Shown: positions 48,842 through 62,994 of the stretch, piece by piece
How positions within the stretch are numbered: the first letter of the stretch is position 1
Layout: each line of letters starts with the position of its first letter
NCBI GenBank assembly: GCA_000388065.2
Contig: KB932203.1
DNA: 64,000 bases
From: Fonticula alba ATCC 38817
Lineage: Eukaryota; Protista; Nucleariida
Direction: 5' to 3' (one strand)
The notes under the pieces: generated by a model
Seen by the model: the letters and a program-made list of their open reading frames with translations, nothing else
Database searches by the model: none
Told to the model about the DNA's origin: nothing
Position numbers and translations under genes: made by a program

Positions 48842-51235
48842 GTTTTCCTTGTCCGAGATGGCAGCCGGAGGTGTGTTCTAGGCAGTCAGGCAGGCCGCCC
48901 CACGGAAAACGGCAGCGGCAGCGGCAGCGGCAGCGGCGACGGGGGGAGAGGAGGGGAGGGGGGGCAAGGACGCGACGAGGCTGGGTGCTACTTGGACGGG
49001 AGAAGGAGAGGGGAGGGGGGAACGGGGGGGGGGGGCGGGAACGCAGCAGGGCGGGGCGGACCAGGGGGAGGGGGTAGGGAGGGGGTGCAGACCCCTGCCG
49101 GGATGGTCGCGGCTCCAGGAGCCGAAGAACCTCCCGGACGCACTGTCGCATGGGGGGCAGGTGAGGGGGGGGGGGGGGCACTGCCTTCCCGTCCCCACAC
49201 GCAGCCACAGAGACTAGCTGCCCGGGGGGGGGAGGGGCACGGTGGGCGGGGGCACGGCACACGCGTGCACACGCCCGCCCGTTCGCCCGGCTGCCCACGG
49301 TGCTCACCAACAACGCGAAGAGATCCCCGCAGGAACTAGCACGCCATTCGGGGTGGAGATGGAAGAAAAAAAACCCGCACAGCACGGCCTTGGCCGGTTC
49401 TGGCCGGGCCTCCTCGCACAAAGGCGGGGCCAGGCACCAGAGGGCTGCGGGCAGGGCACACGGGCCGCGAAGCCCTCCCCCCTCTCCCGACCCCTCGCTG
49501 CCCCTGCCAACTCTGCCCCCAGGCGTGTGTCTGTGTGTGAGTGTGTGTCCGTGCGTGTGTGTCCGTGCGTGTGTGTCCGTGCGTGTGTGTCCGTGCATGT
49601 GAGGGCGACCGCGCGTGTGAGGGCAACCGCGCGCACACACCCGGCGACCGGAGGGATTAGGTAGGGATAAGGGTCATTCAACTAAAAGATGGAAAAAAAA
49701 GGGCAATAATCAATGGCGCGCCCGACCTACTTGCCCCCCGCCCCCTTCCTGGCAGACGCCCTTCCGGCTTCTTGTGTCCCATCGGCCTGGCGGAAAGAGC
49801 CCCAGGCACCAGAAACAGGGCGAACAGGCCCTCGGCTGGCCCCGACCCGGCCGAGGTTACACACCCACGAACCGGGCTTGATCCGGCGCCGGGCCGGCCC
49901 CGAGGCCCGGCGGGCGTTCCCCCGCCCCATGCCGCCCGGCGTGGGCGTACATCGGCCCGCGGCCTAATTCCCATGCTCGGCGGACCGGGGGGCGGGATGT
50001 TTCCCCGTATATGGCCCGCGAATTTGCCGCCCCACGGCCTGGATGCGACGCCCTCCCGCCCTTCCTCCCTCCACCCCCGCCCCTCCCCCCCGGGGGGAGG
50101 GGCGTGTGGCGGGCCCGAGACCGGGAGCCAGGGAGGCCTGCCGAGGCGGGCAGCGCAGGGCGCGAAAGCAAGAGAGCGAGAGGGGGGGGGAAAAGGAAGA
50201 AGACACCCTGCGCCAGGGGACAGGAAGACGGAAAATGCGTTCCCCAAACCCCCAGGGGGAGTTCCGGGAAAATGGCCTAGAGGGGCATGTGATCTTCCTG
50301 CGACGAGCATTTGTTTATTTCCTTGGTACCGTAGCGCAATCACGCCCAGGTGGTGTGGTCACCGCGCTCCCTCGGCGCTGCCCGGGGCGTTCCGGCTCCC
50401 GGCAGAGGAGACAACAAGGCGCACCCGTACACACACGCGGGCTCCTCCACCCGGGTGCCATGCATCCTCAGGGGGGGGGGGGGGGGGATCTCGCGCATGA
50501 CAGGGCATCTTGGAACAGGATTTGTATTAACGGAAGGGATTCTCAGAAGGAACAGGAGGGAGAGGGGAGGGGGACATGCGGAGGAGACCACTATGCGCGG
50601 GGTATGACTGGAGGACACAGGGACCCGCTCCAGGCAATGTACCAGGAGAAGAGGAAGGGGAAGGGGGAGGGGAGAGGGAGCAAAGGTCGATCTCTAGAAT
50701 TGGGGCAGGAGCGCGCAAGCGCTCGCATCCCGGGATGATGAATAACACGGCAGGCCCATGCCCAGCCCCAGCTAACTCACACACATGCACACAGGCCACC
50801 ACACCGCCCCCCCCCCCCCGCATCGATGGGGCACGCCCCGCGCCGCTGGCCGGCAGAAACTGTCGCGAGCCACAGCAGCACGTTACGGGAAGGACGCGCC
50901 CGCGCATGCACACAAGGAGAGAGAGCAGCAAGGCAAGACACGGAGGAGGAGAAGGAGGAGGAGCAGGGAGCATGGGCTTCCTGTGCTCCTCCTGCCTCCG
51001 GCCTCCGGGTGGCGAGCCAGGCGCCGCCCGCCCCCTCGCTCTGCTGCGATGGGGAGGGGAGAGGCACGCCCGGGGAGAAAGAGCACCGAGGCACACAGAG
51101 AGGAAGGAGGAGAGAGAGAGAGGGGGGGGGGAAGACAAATGAGGGGAGAAACAGACAGGCAGAGGGGAGGCGAGGAGGCCAGAGCGCGCGCGCGCGCGCC
51201 CGCCCGCCCGCCCGCCCGCCCGCCCACCCGCACTA

Positions 51236-51625
51236 CTACATCGGCGAGAAGTCGTCCGCCGGGTTGGAGAGAGACGAGCTGAGCTCCATGTGCGAGAGGG
51301 CCGAATTGAAGGGGGTGTGCTCGATGAAGCCGGCGAAGGAGTACACCGAGCCATTGATCACCGGGCTGGAGTACTCGCTGGACGCGTGGCTGGTGGCCAG
51401 CGTGCCTGAGGCACTGCCGCCCGGGACACTGCCATTCCCCCCGGAGGAATAAACCCCGGCGGGATCGGCCCCCAGCGGGGTGCCGCCGGCGGCAGTGGCG
51501 AAAAACTCTGAGCCACTGCCACCGGCCCCGCTACCACCGCCAAGAACATGGTGGAGCATCGGTCGGGGAAGGCTGCCGATGTTGGGGCCGGCCAACCGGG
51601 TACCATTGCCACCGGCAGCAGCATT

Positions 51626-51658
<33 letters not shown>

Positions 51659-52183
51659 GCCGGCGCTAGCAGTAGCAGGTCCTGAGGGCGAGGGGAGACT
51701 GCCGCCCCCGCCAGGACCGGCCGGCATCTCTGCCGAATCCATACTGCCATGCATCGGGCCGGCATTGCTGCCGCTGCCGGCGTCCGGGGCTGCGTGCAAA
51801 TACTGCGACAGGGGCAGCAGCCCGGCGTTGACATTACTGCCAGGGGCCCCATGCGAGAAGGTCGGCATGTATCGAGCCGGCGGACCGGCCCCGGCCCCGG
51901 CGTGCGGGTGTAACAGTGCCGTGGCCCCAGTCGCCGTCGACCCCCCCTGGGAGTCCACCATCGCAGGCTGGGAGCCACTGCCAGAGCCGCTGCCGCCGGG
52001 GCCCGGGGCAAAGAGAACCCGCTCGGCCGAGACCGAGGGCCGTGGGAAGTCCACACGCCCGCCGCCACTGCCACCATGAGGGGCCCCTCCTCCCTCGGGC
52101 CCGTGCGACGCCGACCGGCGCAAACTGGGGGCCAGATCGGCGGCATGTCGCATCGGGCCAGGGCCGCCAGCCATGCCGCCGCC

Positions 52184-52265
<82 letters not shown>

Positions 52266-52528
52266 CTACTTCCGCCACCGGGCGACGGGGACCCGGAGAA
52301 TGTCGCACTGCCGACATTCCCTCCAGGACCGGCGCCCGTCGGGAAGGGCATGTGTGGCGGCGGCGGCGGCGGCGGCGAGACATACCCGCCATCGCTATGT
52401 AGCGAGGCTCCGCTTGCTTGAAGCATGTACGCCTCGGAGTCCGAGTGGTGATGCCTCGAGGAGGAGGAGGAGGAGGAAGTTCCCGGGGCCGTTGTGCGCA
52501 GCTGGTGCTGCGACATGTGGTGCACGTG

Positions 52529-52577
<49 letters not shown>

Positions 52578-54057
52578 ACTTGTGATGGGTAATAGTAGAC
52601 CGCCGAAGCGGCGGTCGATGAGTCGGACAGGGCCTGGGGGTCGGACGAACTGCCGGCCGACGAGCTCAGGCCCTGTTGCTGTGGATCGAAGTAGTACAGT
52701 CGGTGTTGGGGTCTCCCACCTGTGACATGATAGCCGGTCGCGGCCATATCTAACACGGCGTCTGCATATGGCGGAGAGGGAGGGAGAGGGGGAGATAGGG
52801 AGAAGGCACAGGGATGCATGTGTTTGGGGCGGGGGGGGGTGAGAGAGAGAGAGAGAGCGAGCGAGAAAGAAACAGAGGGCGGGGGGCACATGCAAGATGC
52901 GAAAGAGCAAGACCCTGGAGAGGAAGCACGAACCACCATGGCCCAGGGGGAAGGACGACTGCATGGAGTCATCGCTGAAGTAGAAATCACTGCGCGAGTG
53001 GTCCGTCGCCGTGGCCTCGGCAAAGCCACCGGACGCATATTCACTGACCATGGCAGCGGCGGCGGCAGACGCCGGAAGAAGAGGCATGGGAGCACCACCA
53101 GGCCGACGGGGGGCCAATTCGCGTGCCGGCGCCGAGCGCGTCATCCCCAAGCTCCCGCCGGAGGTGGACTGCTTCTGCTGTTGCTGCTGTTGCTGCTGCT
53201 GCAAATGGCGCTGCTGCTGCAGGACGGAATCCACATGTGGGCTGCCGGCGGTCGTGCTCCCGGAAGCGGCGACCTCGCTCAGCCAGAGCGGTCGCCCCGG
53301 GCCATGCTGCTGCTGCTGCTGCTGCTGCTGGGCAGTCTGGTGGAAGGACCCCGCCCCGGCCGGCACACTGCCAGGATGATTGGTGCTCAGCAGCATGCTG
53401 GCATACGGCGCAGTGATCATGCTCTCCGGATGCAGGGCCGCGGCTTGGGAGAACTCCGTGGAGGAGTTACTGCTCCGACCGCCACCCAGGCTGCCGACAC
53501 TGCTGCTGCTGCTGCTGCGACTCATGCAGCTGAAATTCCCATCGCTGGCGTTGCCACTGCTGCTGGCAATGAGCCCGGGCCCAGGCCCGGGAGCCAGGCC
53601 CATGTGCGGGCCCCCGACTCCGATACCATGGACGAACTCGGGGGAACTGGTCCGAGTGTCCATGTCATCAACAAGACCACGATCATATCCGCCGCCGGTG
53701 GGCCCGCCGCTGCCGCCGCCGGTGGAGCTGCCACCGGCGGTGGCCGACGAATAGAGACGCCCATTGCCGGGCCTCGGGTCGCTGCCAGCCCCACCCGGCC
53801 CGTGGTATCGCAGATCCAACTGCAGATGCGACACCACCTCCGGGGCGAAGCTCAGCGAGCCACCGGGACCGCCCCCGGGGGCCCTGCTCCCGGCAACGCC
53901 ATTTCCGCCCGCCACGGCCACCATCGACCCGAGAGACGAGGGGAAGGTCGGCGCCGGGTAGCCACTGGCCGCGGCCGTGGCCGCCGCCATCTTGGACAGA
54001 TCCTGCGAAGAGCTGGACTCCAGAGCCATATCTGCGGCGGCCGCCGCCGCCGCCGCA

Positions 54058-54088
<31 letters not shown>

Positions 54089-55533
54089 AGCCGGACTTCG
54101 AGTCAGTCGACACGAGCGACTCGCTGCCAGTCCCCTGCGAGGTGAGCTGGATGCTGTGCCGACGCCGGCCGCCGCGATGCGGATCCACCAGAAGCGGGTC
54201 CTCCGCGCGGGGGTTCAGCAGGGACGCCTTGCTGCTACAGTTCGGCGTCCGCCGTGGCAGCGGCGACGAGGGGGTCAGTGGCAGGGCATCCAAATTGACG
54301 AAGGCCCCGCCGCCGACCGCCTGCGAGAGGGACTGCACGGTTTTGGCCAACGAGTCAGATGAGACCGATTCGTCTGGGCCGCCGCCGCCACCGCCACTTA
54401 GGTGTGCGTAGTTCAAGCTCGGAAGCGGGAGGGATGCACGGCGCTGAGGGGACATGGCGATGCGACTGGAAAGACTGCTGCGCTCGGCCGGGCCGCCGCC
54501 GGTGGCCGACATCTGCGGCGTATCCGGCCGCGAACTCGGCCGCGAGTAGGGCGAGCACGACCGCGAGGAGGGTCCGCCCCCGGGGACCACCACCGTGGCC
54601 GCGAGATCGCCCACGGAGCTGGACAGGGCAAGCGACCCGCCACTGGTGCAGGATGACATGCCGGCATCGGATTCCTCGCCGGCCGACTCGCCGGCCAGCG
54701 GCTCGGGGATGGCCGTCAACAGCATGCCGCCGCCAGACCCCGAGGAGCAAGCACCTCCGCCGGGCATCAAATCATCCGGGTCCTGTGAGGGATGAAGGAC
54801 CACGGACCCTGCCGAGCCTGAACCCGCGACGGCCGACCCGGTCGATGCACCCGAGGACGACGATGAGGCGGCAGCGGCGGCGACGCCGGCGGCCGAAGAG
54901 GTCGAAGAGGAGGGTCCCGCCAATTGCGAAGCCGAATGCCCCCCGTGGCCTCCCCCCATGGCAGCCGGGTAGTGAACCACCACCGACCGGTCCGACAGGT
55001 AGGCCCCCCCACCGCCCTGGTGATGGTAGGCCATCATGGAGCCCTCGGGGAGGGAGCTTCGCCGCCGGGGCAGATGGTGAAAGCCAGACACGATACTTGG
55101 CGACCCATGGGCCGGCAGGCTTGGCGAGGGGGACGATGCGCCTCCCTGCCCAGCTCCGAGCCATGGCAACCCGCCGCCACCGGTGACGGTGGCCACCGCC
55201 GACGGGCCGACCTCGTCCCGGAGGAATTCATGAGGCGAACCCGGGCCCGGAGCTCGGCGCAGGGTCGCCTCCACATCGCCATGGTGCTGGGCCGTGAGCG
55301 CCGCCGAGCCGACATTCAATTGCGGCGACCCGGCCGCCAGGATGCCCGTGGTCGGGAAGGGAGAGGGAGCTCCGCCGCCGGCGCCAATTGGCGAGTTGCA
55401 ATCAATCGACGCCCGGCGAGATGGCGGGCCATTGCCGGGGCGCATGGACCCGGCACCGCGATCGCCTCCTTGCGACATGGCTGTCACCACTACCACCGAA
55501 GATCCCTGTTGCTGCTGCTGCTGCTGCTGCTGC

Positions 55534-55570
<37 letters not shown>

Positions 55571-55929
55571 GCTGGTGAGTGATCTTACTGCCGGGCTTCA
55601 TGGACAACAAGGGCCGACTGGACACCGGCGAGAGGGAGATGATGGACGGCCGGCGATCGGTCGGGAAGTACAGCGGCGAGGTGGGCTCGACGGTGGTAGT
55701 ACGCTGGTTCGAATCAAGCGACAGACGCCGCTTGGAGAGGTACAAATCCACCGGGCGGTTGACATAATCTGGGAAGGTTGTCACACAGCGAGTCAGCCAC
55801 AGGAGAATGGATCATATGCGAGCAAAGCGCGCAAGTGACAGAAAGGGAGGAATCAGGAGGCAATGGACAAAGGGTGGCAGGCTCAGCCGATACAAAGGCA
55901 ACTGCAAAGAGCAGACAGACAGACAGACA

Positions 55930-56002
<73 letters not shown>

Positions 56003-56415
56003 ACCGGATGACATGATCTTCTGGCCACCCATGGTCACAGGCGAGGGACCATCGGCTGGAACCGACACCGGGGCCGGGAAAGGAACACCACGCATCGAGG
56101 CGTCCACCGCACCGGGCGAGGACAGTGGCAAGCCCACTGTCCCGGCCACAGAGTCGGCTTTCATATCGACGCCAACTGTCACGGCTGCAGCCGCTGCCGC
56201 CGCCGCAGCCGCCGCCGCCGTCGCCGCGAAGTCCGACTGCAAGAGGGGCTGCTGCTGGCTTGGGGGCGGGGCCACGGTCGACGCCCGGCTCGATGGAGCT
56301 GAGATGGACCGCAGCGAGGATTTGGCCGCGCGCGAGGTTGACAGGCTGCGCGAGATGGGCGACGGCGCGGGTGACGGGTTGTTGGATCCCGGAGGAGGGT
56401 GTGCAGACTGTGGCA

Positions 56416-56447
<32 letters not shown>

Positions 56448-56788
56448 CCAAAGGCTGACGGAGCATCGGCGACCGACGAGCGCAATGGCGAGGGGAAGGG
56501 CGAGAAGGGAGAATTCGGCGACGAAGGGTCCGACGGCCCAGACACCAGAACATTCAGCGAGGAGGAGGAGGACCGAAGCATGACCGCAGCGGCGCCGCCA
56601 CCGCTGCCGCCGCCACTGGTGGCTGAGAGCGGCCCGACACCAAGGAGTGCCGGAGAGGAGGCCACTCCCTCGAGGGGGCCGCCGTTGCTTCCGGAGGACG
56701 ACTCGAGCACGCCGATTGTGCCCGGATCGGTCACTTGCGTCGACCCGTTGGGGTTGGCGAAAATGTAGGGCGAGCCCGGGAGCCCTCC

Positions 56789-56831
<43 letters not shown>

Positions 56832-57171
56832 AGATGGTGGAACTCATTGCCGAGGCCGCTGTGAGAGGTCACCGAGGCAGGCGGGCCTCCGCTCCCACTG
56901 CCGGCCCCCGGAAGGGGTGATGCCGGGGGTGGGGTCGGCGCCACGGACCCACCTACCAGACCGGCACCATCCTCATCATGGCCGCTGGCCATCGAGGTTG
57001 GCAAGCTGAAGCGCCGCTTGGTCGCCGCCGCTGAGGAGAAGGGTGGTGGGAAGTCGGCCGACGCATGTTCCCCAAGGCTGGAAAAGGAGGATGGCGAAAG
57101 ATTTGACGAACGTAGCGGAGAGGCGGCGGGTGGAACAGCGAGGCCCATCTCCCCGTGTTGTTGCTGCTGCG

Positions 57172-57262
<91 letters not shown>

Positions 57263-57287
57263 TTGCTGTTGCTGCTGCTGCTGCTGT

Positions 57288-57329
<42 letters not shown>

Positions 57330-57345
57330 TGCTGTTGTTGCTGCT

Positions 57346-57377
<32 letters not shown>

Positions 57378-57398
57378 TGTTGCTGCTGCTGATGTTGT

Positions 57399-57465
<67 letters not shown>

Positions 57466-59990
57466 GGTGGTGCTGGTGGAGCAAATGTTGCTGCGTCTGG
57501 AGCGACACTGCCGCCTGACCCGACGGAGTTTGGCCCGGCGCTTGCTCCGGGAAAGACAGGTGCGGAGAGGGAGCATGACCTGACGGAGTCGGGCCCCGGG
57601 CAAAGTGGCTGGCCACATCCGCGCCACCGGGGCTCCCATCGTCGGCATCCTCCTCGGCCAGGGTTCCAAGTCGGTGGCGGTGCATCTTGTTCAGCGAGGG
57701 ATACGGGTTGTACACGCTGACAAGGGGCAGACCACCGCCACTTGGGGCCCCGGCATCCTGGGGGGGGAACCCAGAGCCGGACGAATCGGCGCCCGGGCCG
57801 GAACCGACATTGCTGCCAATGAAGGGCCCTGTCGCTGCTGGCACCGCGGAGACCGGCATGCCGGAATCCAAAGCCGAGCTGCCAGCGACCATGCCACCCG
57901 GAATGCCAGCACCACCATAAGCCCCACCAAGCTCCGGATGGTGTGCCGACCCCAAGGGCGGCATAATCGGCGAATCGGTCGAGTGAAGGTGCCCACTGGC
58001 GACCCCACCACCGCGACGGTGCTGCCCTGCTGGCCCTGGAGCCTGTTGGAAGTGTGGCTGCATCTGCTGCTGGAGCTGAGGGTGGTGGGGTACCGGCCCC
58101 GGCGGCGGGCCGGTCTGAGCTTGCAGATGGACTGCTGTCGGGTGGTGTGGCCTCGATCCTGGGACCGGCCCAGCACCGGGGTAGGGGTGATGGGGGATGG
58201 TCGTGAAGACCATGCCTCCATTGCCACCATGTGAAGGAAGGTGGTGCTGCTGCTGCTGCTGCTGCTGCTGCTGATGGTGCTGCTGATGGTGCTGCTGATG
58301 GTGCTGCTGCTGCTGTTGTTGTTGTTGCTGCTGCTGCTGATGGTGGTGCTGCTGCTGCTGGAGATGGTGTTCGAGCTCACCGGGAGACAAGTGGCCAGCA
58401 CCGCCACCAGGTGGCATGTCCAGCAGAACGCCGCCCCGGCCAAGTGCATCACCGTCGCCGCTGCCGCCGCTGCCGCTGCCACCACCACCACCACCACTAC
58501 CACCATGGTGGATGCCTCCATGGCCCTCGCCGGTGCCATTTGCGAGCAGCATCGAGAAGGCCGGATCGGCCTCGGGTCCCGGGGCCGCGGGCCACATGAG
58601 TGGCGATGCGGAGGACGGCCTGGAGGCAGACAACACCAAACAACACGCATGGGGCAGGGATGTAGGGAGGGACATGTGAATGAGGAGCAGCCAAAAAGGA
58701 TGGTTAGGAAACAATCGAGACAGGGGGGAGAGAGAGAGAGAGAGANNNNNNNNNNNNNNNNNNNNNNNNNNNNNNNNNNNNNNNNNNNNNNNNNNNNNNN
58801 NNNNNNNNNNNNNNNNNNNNNNNNNNNNNNNNNNNNNNNNNNNNNNNNNNNNNNNNNNNNNNNNNNNNNNNNNNNNNNNNNNNNNNNNNNNNNNNNNNNN
58901 NNNNNNNNNNNNNNNNNNNNNNNNNNNNNNNNNNNNNNNNNNNNNNNNNNNNNNNNNNNNNNNNNNNNNNNNNNNNNNNNNNNNNNNNNNNNNNNNNNNN
59001 NNNNNNNNNNNNNNNNNNNNNNNNNNNNNNNNNNNNNNNNNNNNNNNNNNNNNNNNNNNNNNNNNNNNNNNNNNNNNNNNNNNNNNNNNNNNNNNNNNNN
59101 NNNNNNNNNNNNNNNNNNNNNNNNNNNNNNNNNNNNNNNNNNNNNNNNNNNNNNNNNNNNNNNNNNNNNNNNNNNNNNNNNNNNNNNNNNNNNNNNNNNN
59201 NNNNNNNNNNNNNNNNNNNNNNNNNNNNNNNNNNNNNNNNNNNNNNNNNNNNNNNNNNNNNNNNNNNNNNNNNNNNNNNNNNNNNNNNNNNNNNNNNNNN
59301 NNNNNNNNNNNNNNNNNNNNNNNNNNNNNNNNNNNNNNNNNNNNNNNNNNNNNNNNNNNNNNNNNNNNNNNNNNNNNNNNNNNNNNNNNNNNNNNNNNNN
59401 NNNNNNNNNNNNNNNNNNNNNNNNNNNNNNNNNNNNNNNNNNNNNNNNNNNNNNNNNNNNNNNNNNNNNNNNNNNNNNNNNNNNNNNNNNNNNNNNNNNN
59501 NNNNNNNNNNNNNNNNNNNNNNNNNNNNNNNNNNNNNNNNNNNNNNNNNNNNNNNNNNNNNNNNNNNNNNNNNNNNNNNNNNNNNNNNNNNNNNNNNNNN
59601 NNNNNNNNNNNNNNNNNNNNNNNNNNNNNNNNNNNNNNNNNNNNNNNNNNNNNNNNNNNNNNNNNNNNNNNNNNNNNNNNNNNNNNNNNNNNNNNNNNNN
59701 GGGGGGGGGGGCCATGTGCAGCATCTCCCCCGGCGCCCCCCCGCCCGGCCACGGCCGTGGCCGCGGCCTCGGTCCTCTGGGACCGGCGCCTGGGCGGGGG
59801 CGTGGATGCATCCGAGCCGGGCCGCAGGGGCCGCCCCGGTGGGTCTCCGGTGCCGGCGCACAGGTGAAAGCCCGGGTCGATGCGCCCAGCCGCGGCTGGG
59901 GGCCCGGCGCTTTCCACCGGGGGGGGGGGGCCAGCCCTGGCGGCAGACGGCCGCCGACACGGCCACACGCGCCCGCGACGTAACTGCAAC
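51236..59990 (-). CDS. very long low-complexity (Q/S/G/A/H-rich) coding region, no recognisable domain; possibly the C-terminal part of the upstream forkhead gene
   Basis: Long open exons 56005-58619, ~52930-55768 and 51236-52761 joined by phase-compatible GT-AG introns (55769-56004 and ~52762-52930). Stop at 51236. The 5' link is hidden by the gap at 58746-59700. Confidence 0.6.
57158..57463 (-). repeat. coding CAG/CAA repeat giving ~100 Gln (interrupted by two His and one Pro)
   Basis: 306 nt (102 codons) read in frame within the 56005-58619 exon. Confidence 0.9.
58746..59700. other. assembly gap
   Basis: 955 Ns flanked by (GA)n and poly-G. Confidence 0.9.
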
Positions 59991-60967
59991 CCAAGCTGCG
60001 GACGGGCGCCCCCGGCCGGCGGCCAGCGCACGGGCCGACCCCCGCGCCGGGGGAGGGGTGGGGGGGGGGGACAGCGCGGGAGAAGGGCGGGCTGCGTCCT
60101 TGTCCGGGTTTTCCCGAAACGACCGACATATTATTCCCGGATCCCCTCATGCTGCAGACTGGTGGTCGGCGAGTGTGAGCGCGCCCCCCCCCCCCTGCGC
60201 CCCCTTGCCCAACAGGCACCCTTCGGCAGGGCCTCTGGCGCTCGGGGGGGGGGGGCGGGGAACGCACGCCCAGGACGGCGCAGACACTTGGCATTCTCGC
60301 AGACCATCTTCAGCCGGGCGTCTTCCCAGTGTGCCCCGGCCCGGCCCGAGCCGAAAGNNNNNNNNNNGGGGGGGGGTGGGGTGGGGGAGGGGAGTGGCGA
60401 TGGGGGCAGCTCCCGGTGGAGTGGGACCAGGAGGGTGGGAGATGAGTGGCGGCCGCGCCGGGTGGGGAGATCGATGTGACCGGGCGCCAATCTGCGCCTG
60501 GCCGGGGCCGGACCGACCCCGGTCCTGGGCGCCCACCCCGTCACCGGCCGAGGCCTCCCCGGGTGCCCCCCCCCCCGTACATGCCTGGCCGAGGGAGGGT
60601 GGGATTGTTTGCGCCCGGGCTTGGGATGGTCGGAAAATCTGGCCCCGACGCGTCGCGCCCGGCCGAAAGGCCAGCGGGCAGGGGCCCGGGGGCGGTGGTG
60701 GGCCGGGGGGGAATGGGCGGAGATTTACACGCCGGCAGGGCGTCCGGGTGTGCGCGCGCCTGACACACGCACCGCGACAGGGCGACTGAGGCCCGCCCCA
60801 GGGCGCGAACGCACCCCCCACCCTAACGCGGGGCGGGCGACGCGGCACGGGCAGGGACCGGCCGCGTGCCGGGCCGGCGGTCGCGCGCNNNNNNNNNNGA
60901 GAGAGAGAGAGAGAGAAGGAGGAGAGAGGGGAAAGGGGAGAGGGGAAGGCAGCGAGGGTAGACGCAC

Positions 60968-61300
60968 TGGGTATGCACGAGGGAGCCGGTCTCCGGCGAC
61001 GCAAGCAATGGATCCTGAGGCGAGTGGGTGCCGCTGGCCTGCGACTGGAGCTGACGCACTCGGCGCTGGCGGAGGTCACGCTCGAGCTTGCTTTGCTGCT
61101 GGCGATATGACTGGATGTACACATGTGCCTGTTGGAAGGGCAGAGCCAAGTTCGGCGTGACATTCAAGTCCGGCTGCTTAGACAGCTGGGCGTAGCTGAC
61201 ACCACCAAACGGGGCGGGCACGGGGACAATTGGCTCCAGGGCGTCGGACATCCCAGTGCCACTGCCCAAGGGCGAGGGAAACCCCTGGTGTTGCAGATGG

Positions 61301-61365
<65 letters not shown>

Positions 61366-61373
61366 TTGCTGTT

Positions 61374-61417
<44 letters not shown>

Positions 61418-62963
61418 TACTGGGAGGAGGGGTACTGCGGCGGCGGCGGCTGCGGCTGCGGCTGCGTCGGTGCTTGGGGTTGGCCGTGGAAGGATGAATA
61501 GTCCTGCACAGCCATGTGATCCGGACCGAGAAGACTCTCGGTGCTGCTGCCCAGGAGGCTACTCATGGAGGCGTCCGAGGTGATGGACGCATGGTGCATG
61601 CCGCCGGCACCGGTGCCGTGACCACCGCCGGTCCCGGGCGGCGGAGCCGCCTGCGACATCAGCATCAGGCCACCAGCGCCACCGCCAGCCGAGGATGCTC
61701 CGTACTCCTGTCCCAGGTGCTGGGACTGCGATTGCTGGAGATGATGATGGTGGTGCTGATGGTGATGATGATAGTGCCCAGCAGCAGAGGGCTCTACCAG
61801 GCTGGAGGTTTGAGACAGGAAGCCGGCCGGCCCGCCGAAGGGCCCGCCGGTGTATGTCCCGCTGGATGCATCGACCGCGGGGAATCCACCCTGCAGCGTC
61901 AGGGCGGCGGGGTTACCACCGCCCTCATTACCGCCAGTCGACGAAGCCAGCAGCGATCGGAGGCCAGCAGCGTCTTGAAAGGTTGAGGGCACAGCATTCG
62001 GCCCGGCATTGCCCATCGGGGCCCCGGGGCCGAAGTAGGAGAACAGCGGGGCCGCGCTGAGAGAAGCTGTGTGGCACCACATGCATGGCCAGCAGGTGGG
62101 AACGGGGGGTGGGGGAGGAAGCACAAAGGCCGAGTGTGAGCCGCATGGTGTGTGCCGGCCGGCGGGGAGTGCGACGGGAGGAAAACTCCCAGAGAAGGCA
62201 CGTACAAATTGAAGGCTGCTGACCGGCAGCCGGAGGGAACATCGAGCCGCCGGTTGGCAGAGGGCCACCATGCGAGGACGCCTGCTGCTTGCTGGCGGCG
62301 GTGGCGGCGGCCACGGCGGCTGCCGCGGCCGCGGCTTGCTGCTGCTGCTGCTGCTGTTGCTGCTGCGAGGCGGTGCTGTTGCGTGCTCGCCGAGCCGCCG
62401 ACGCATTGCCGATCGAGTCGATTTGCGCGTAGTTAATTATCCAATAGGCTCCCTTGCCGGGCTCATTGGCCGGCCGAGACACCCGCATGAAGGCCGGGTT
62501 GAGGGAGAGATTGTGACGGACGGAGTTCTTCCAACCGCCACCACCCGAGTGGTCCTGGAAGAAGGGGTAGTTGGTGGTGATCCAGTTGTAGATGTCACTG
62601 AGGGTGAATTTGCCGGACGGGCTGGACTCGATGGCGCGCTGGATGAGCACCGCATAGGAGAAGGGCGGCTTGACATGCGTGGGGGGAGTGTCATCCTTGG
62701 AGGGCTTGGTCCCGGTGCCGGCTCCACCCGAGGGGGAGGTCGTCGTCGTCGTGGATGATGATGACGAGCCGGCGGGAGCCGAGCCCTCACCGGTGGCGGA
62801 GGGTGTCGAGGCGCCGGACTTCCGGGACCCGGCGCCCGACGCCTTCCGGCCGGCTGGCTTCATCCCCCCGGCATCTTCCTCGGCCGTGGCCGTCGCGGCG
62901 GCGGGGCCCGAGTCCAAGTGGGTATCAGACGCGGAGCGTGCCTCACGGCGTCCGGCCGCCTGG

Positions 62964-62994
<31 letters not shown>

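Noticed and set aside
48842-51235. Possible small gene in the 2.4-kb interval between VPS13 and the next stop codon
   Set aside because: Only short GC-driven ORFs with no motifs or convincing exon structure. It is more likely promoter plus 3' UTR.
55706-55715. GGTTCGAATC, resembling a tRNA T-loop/B-box
   Set aside because: It lies inside a long coding exon, and I see no cloverleaf stems or A-box around it.
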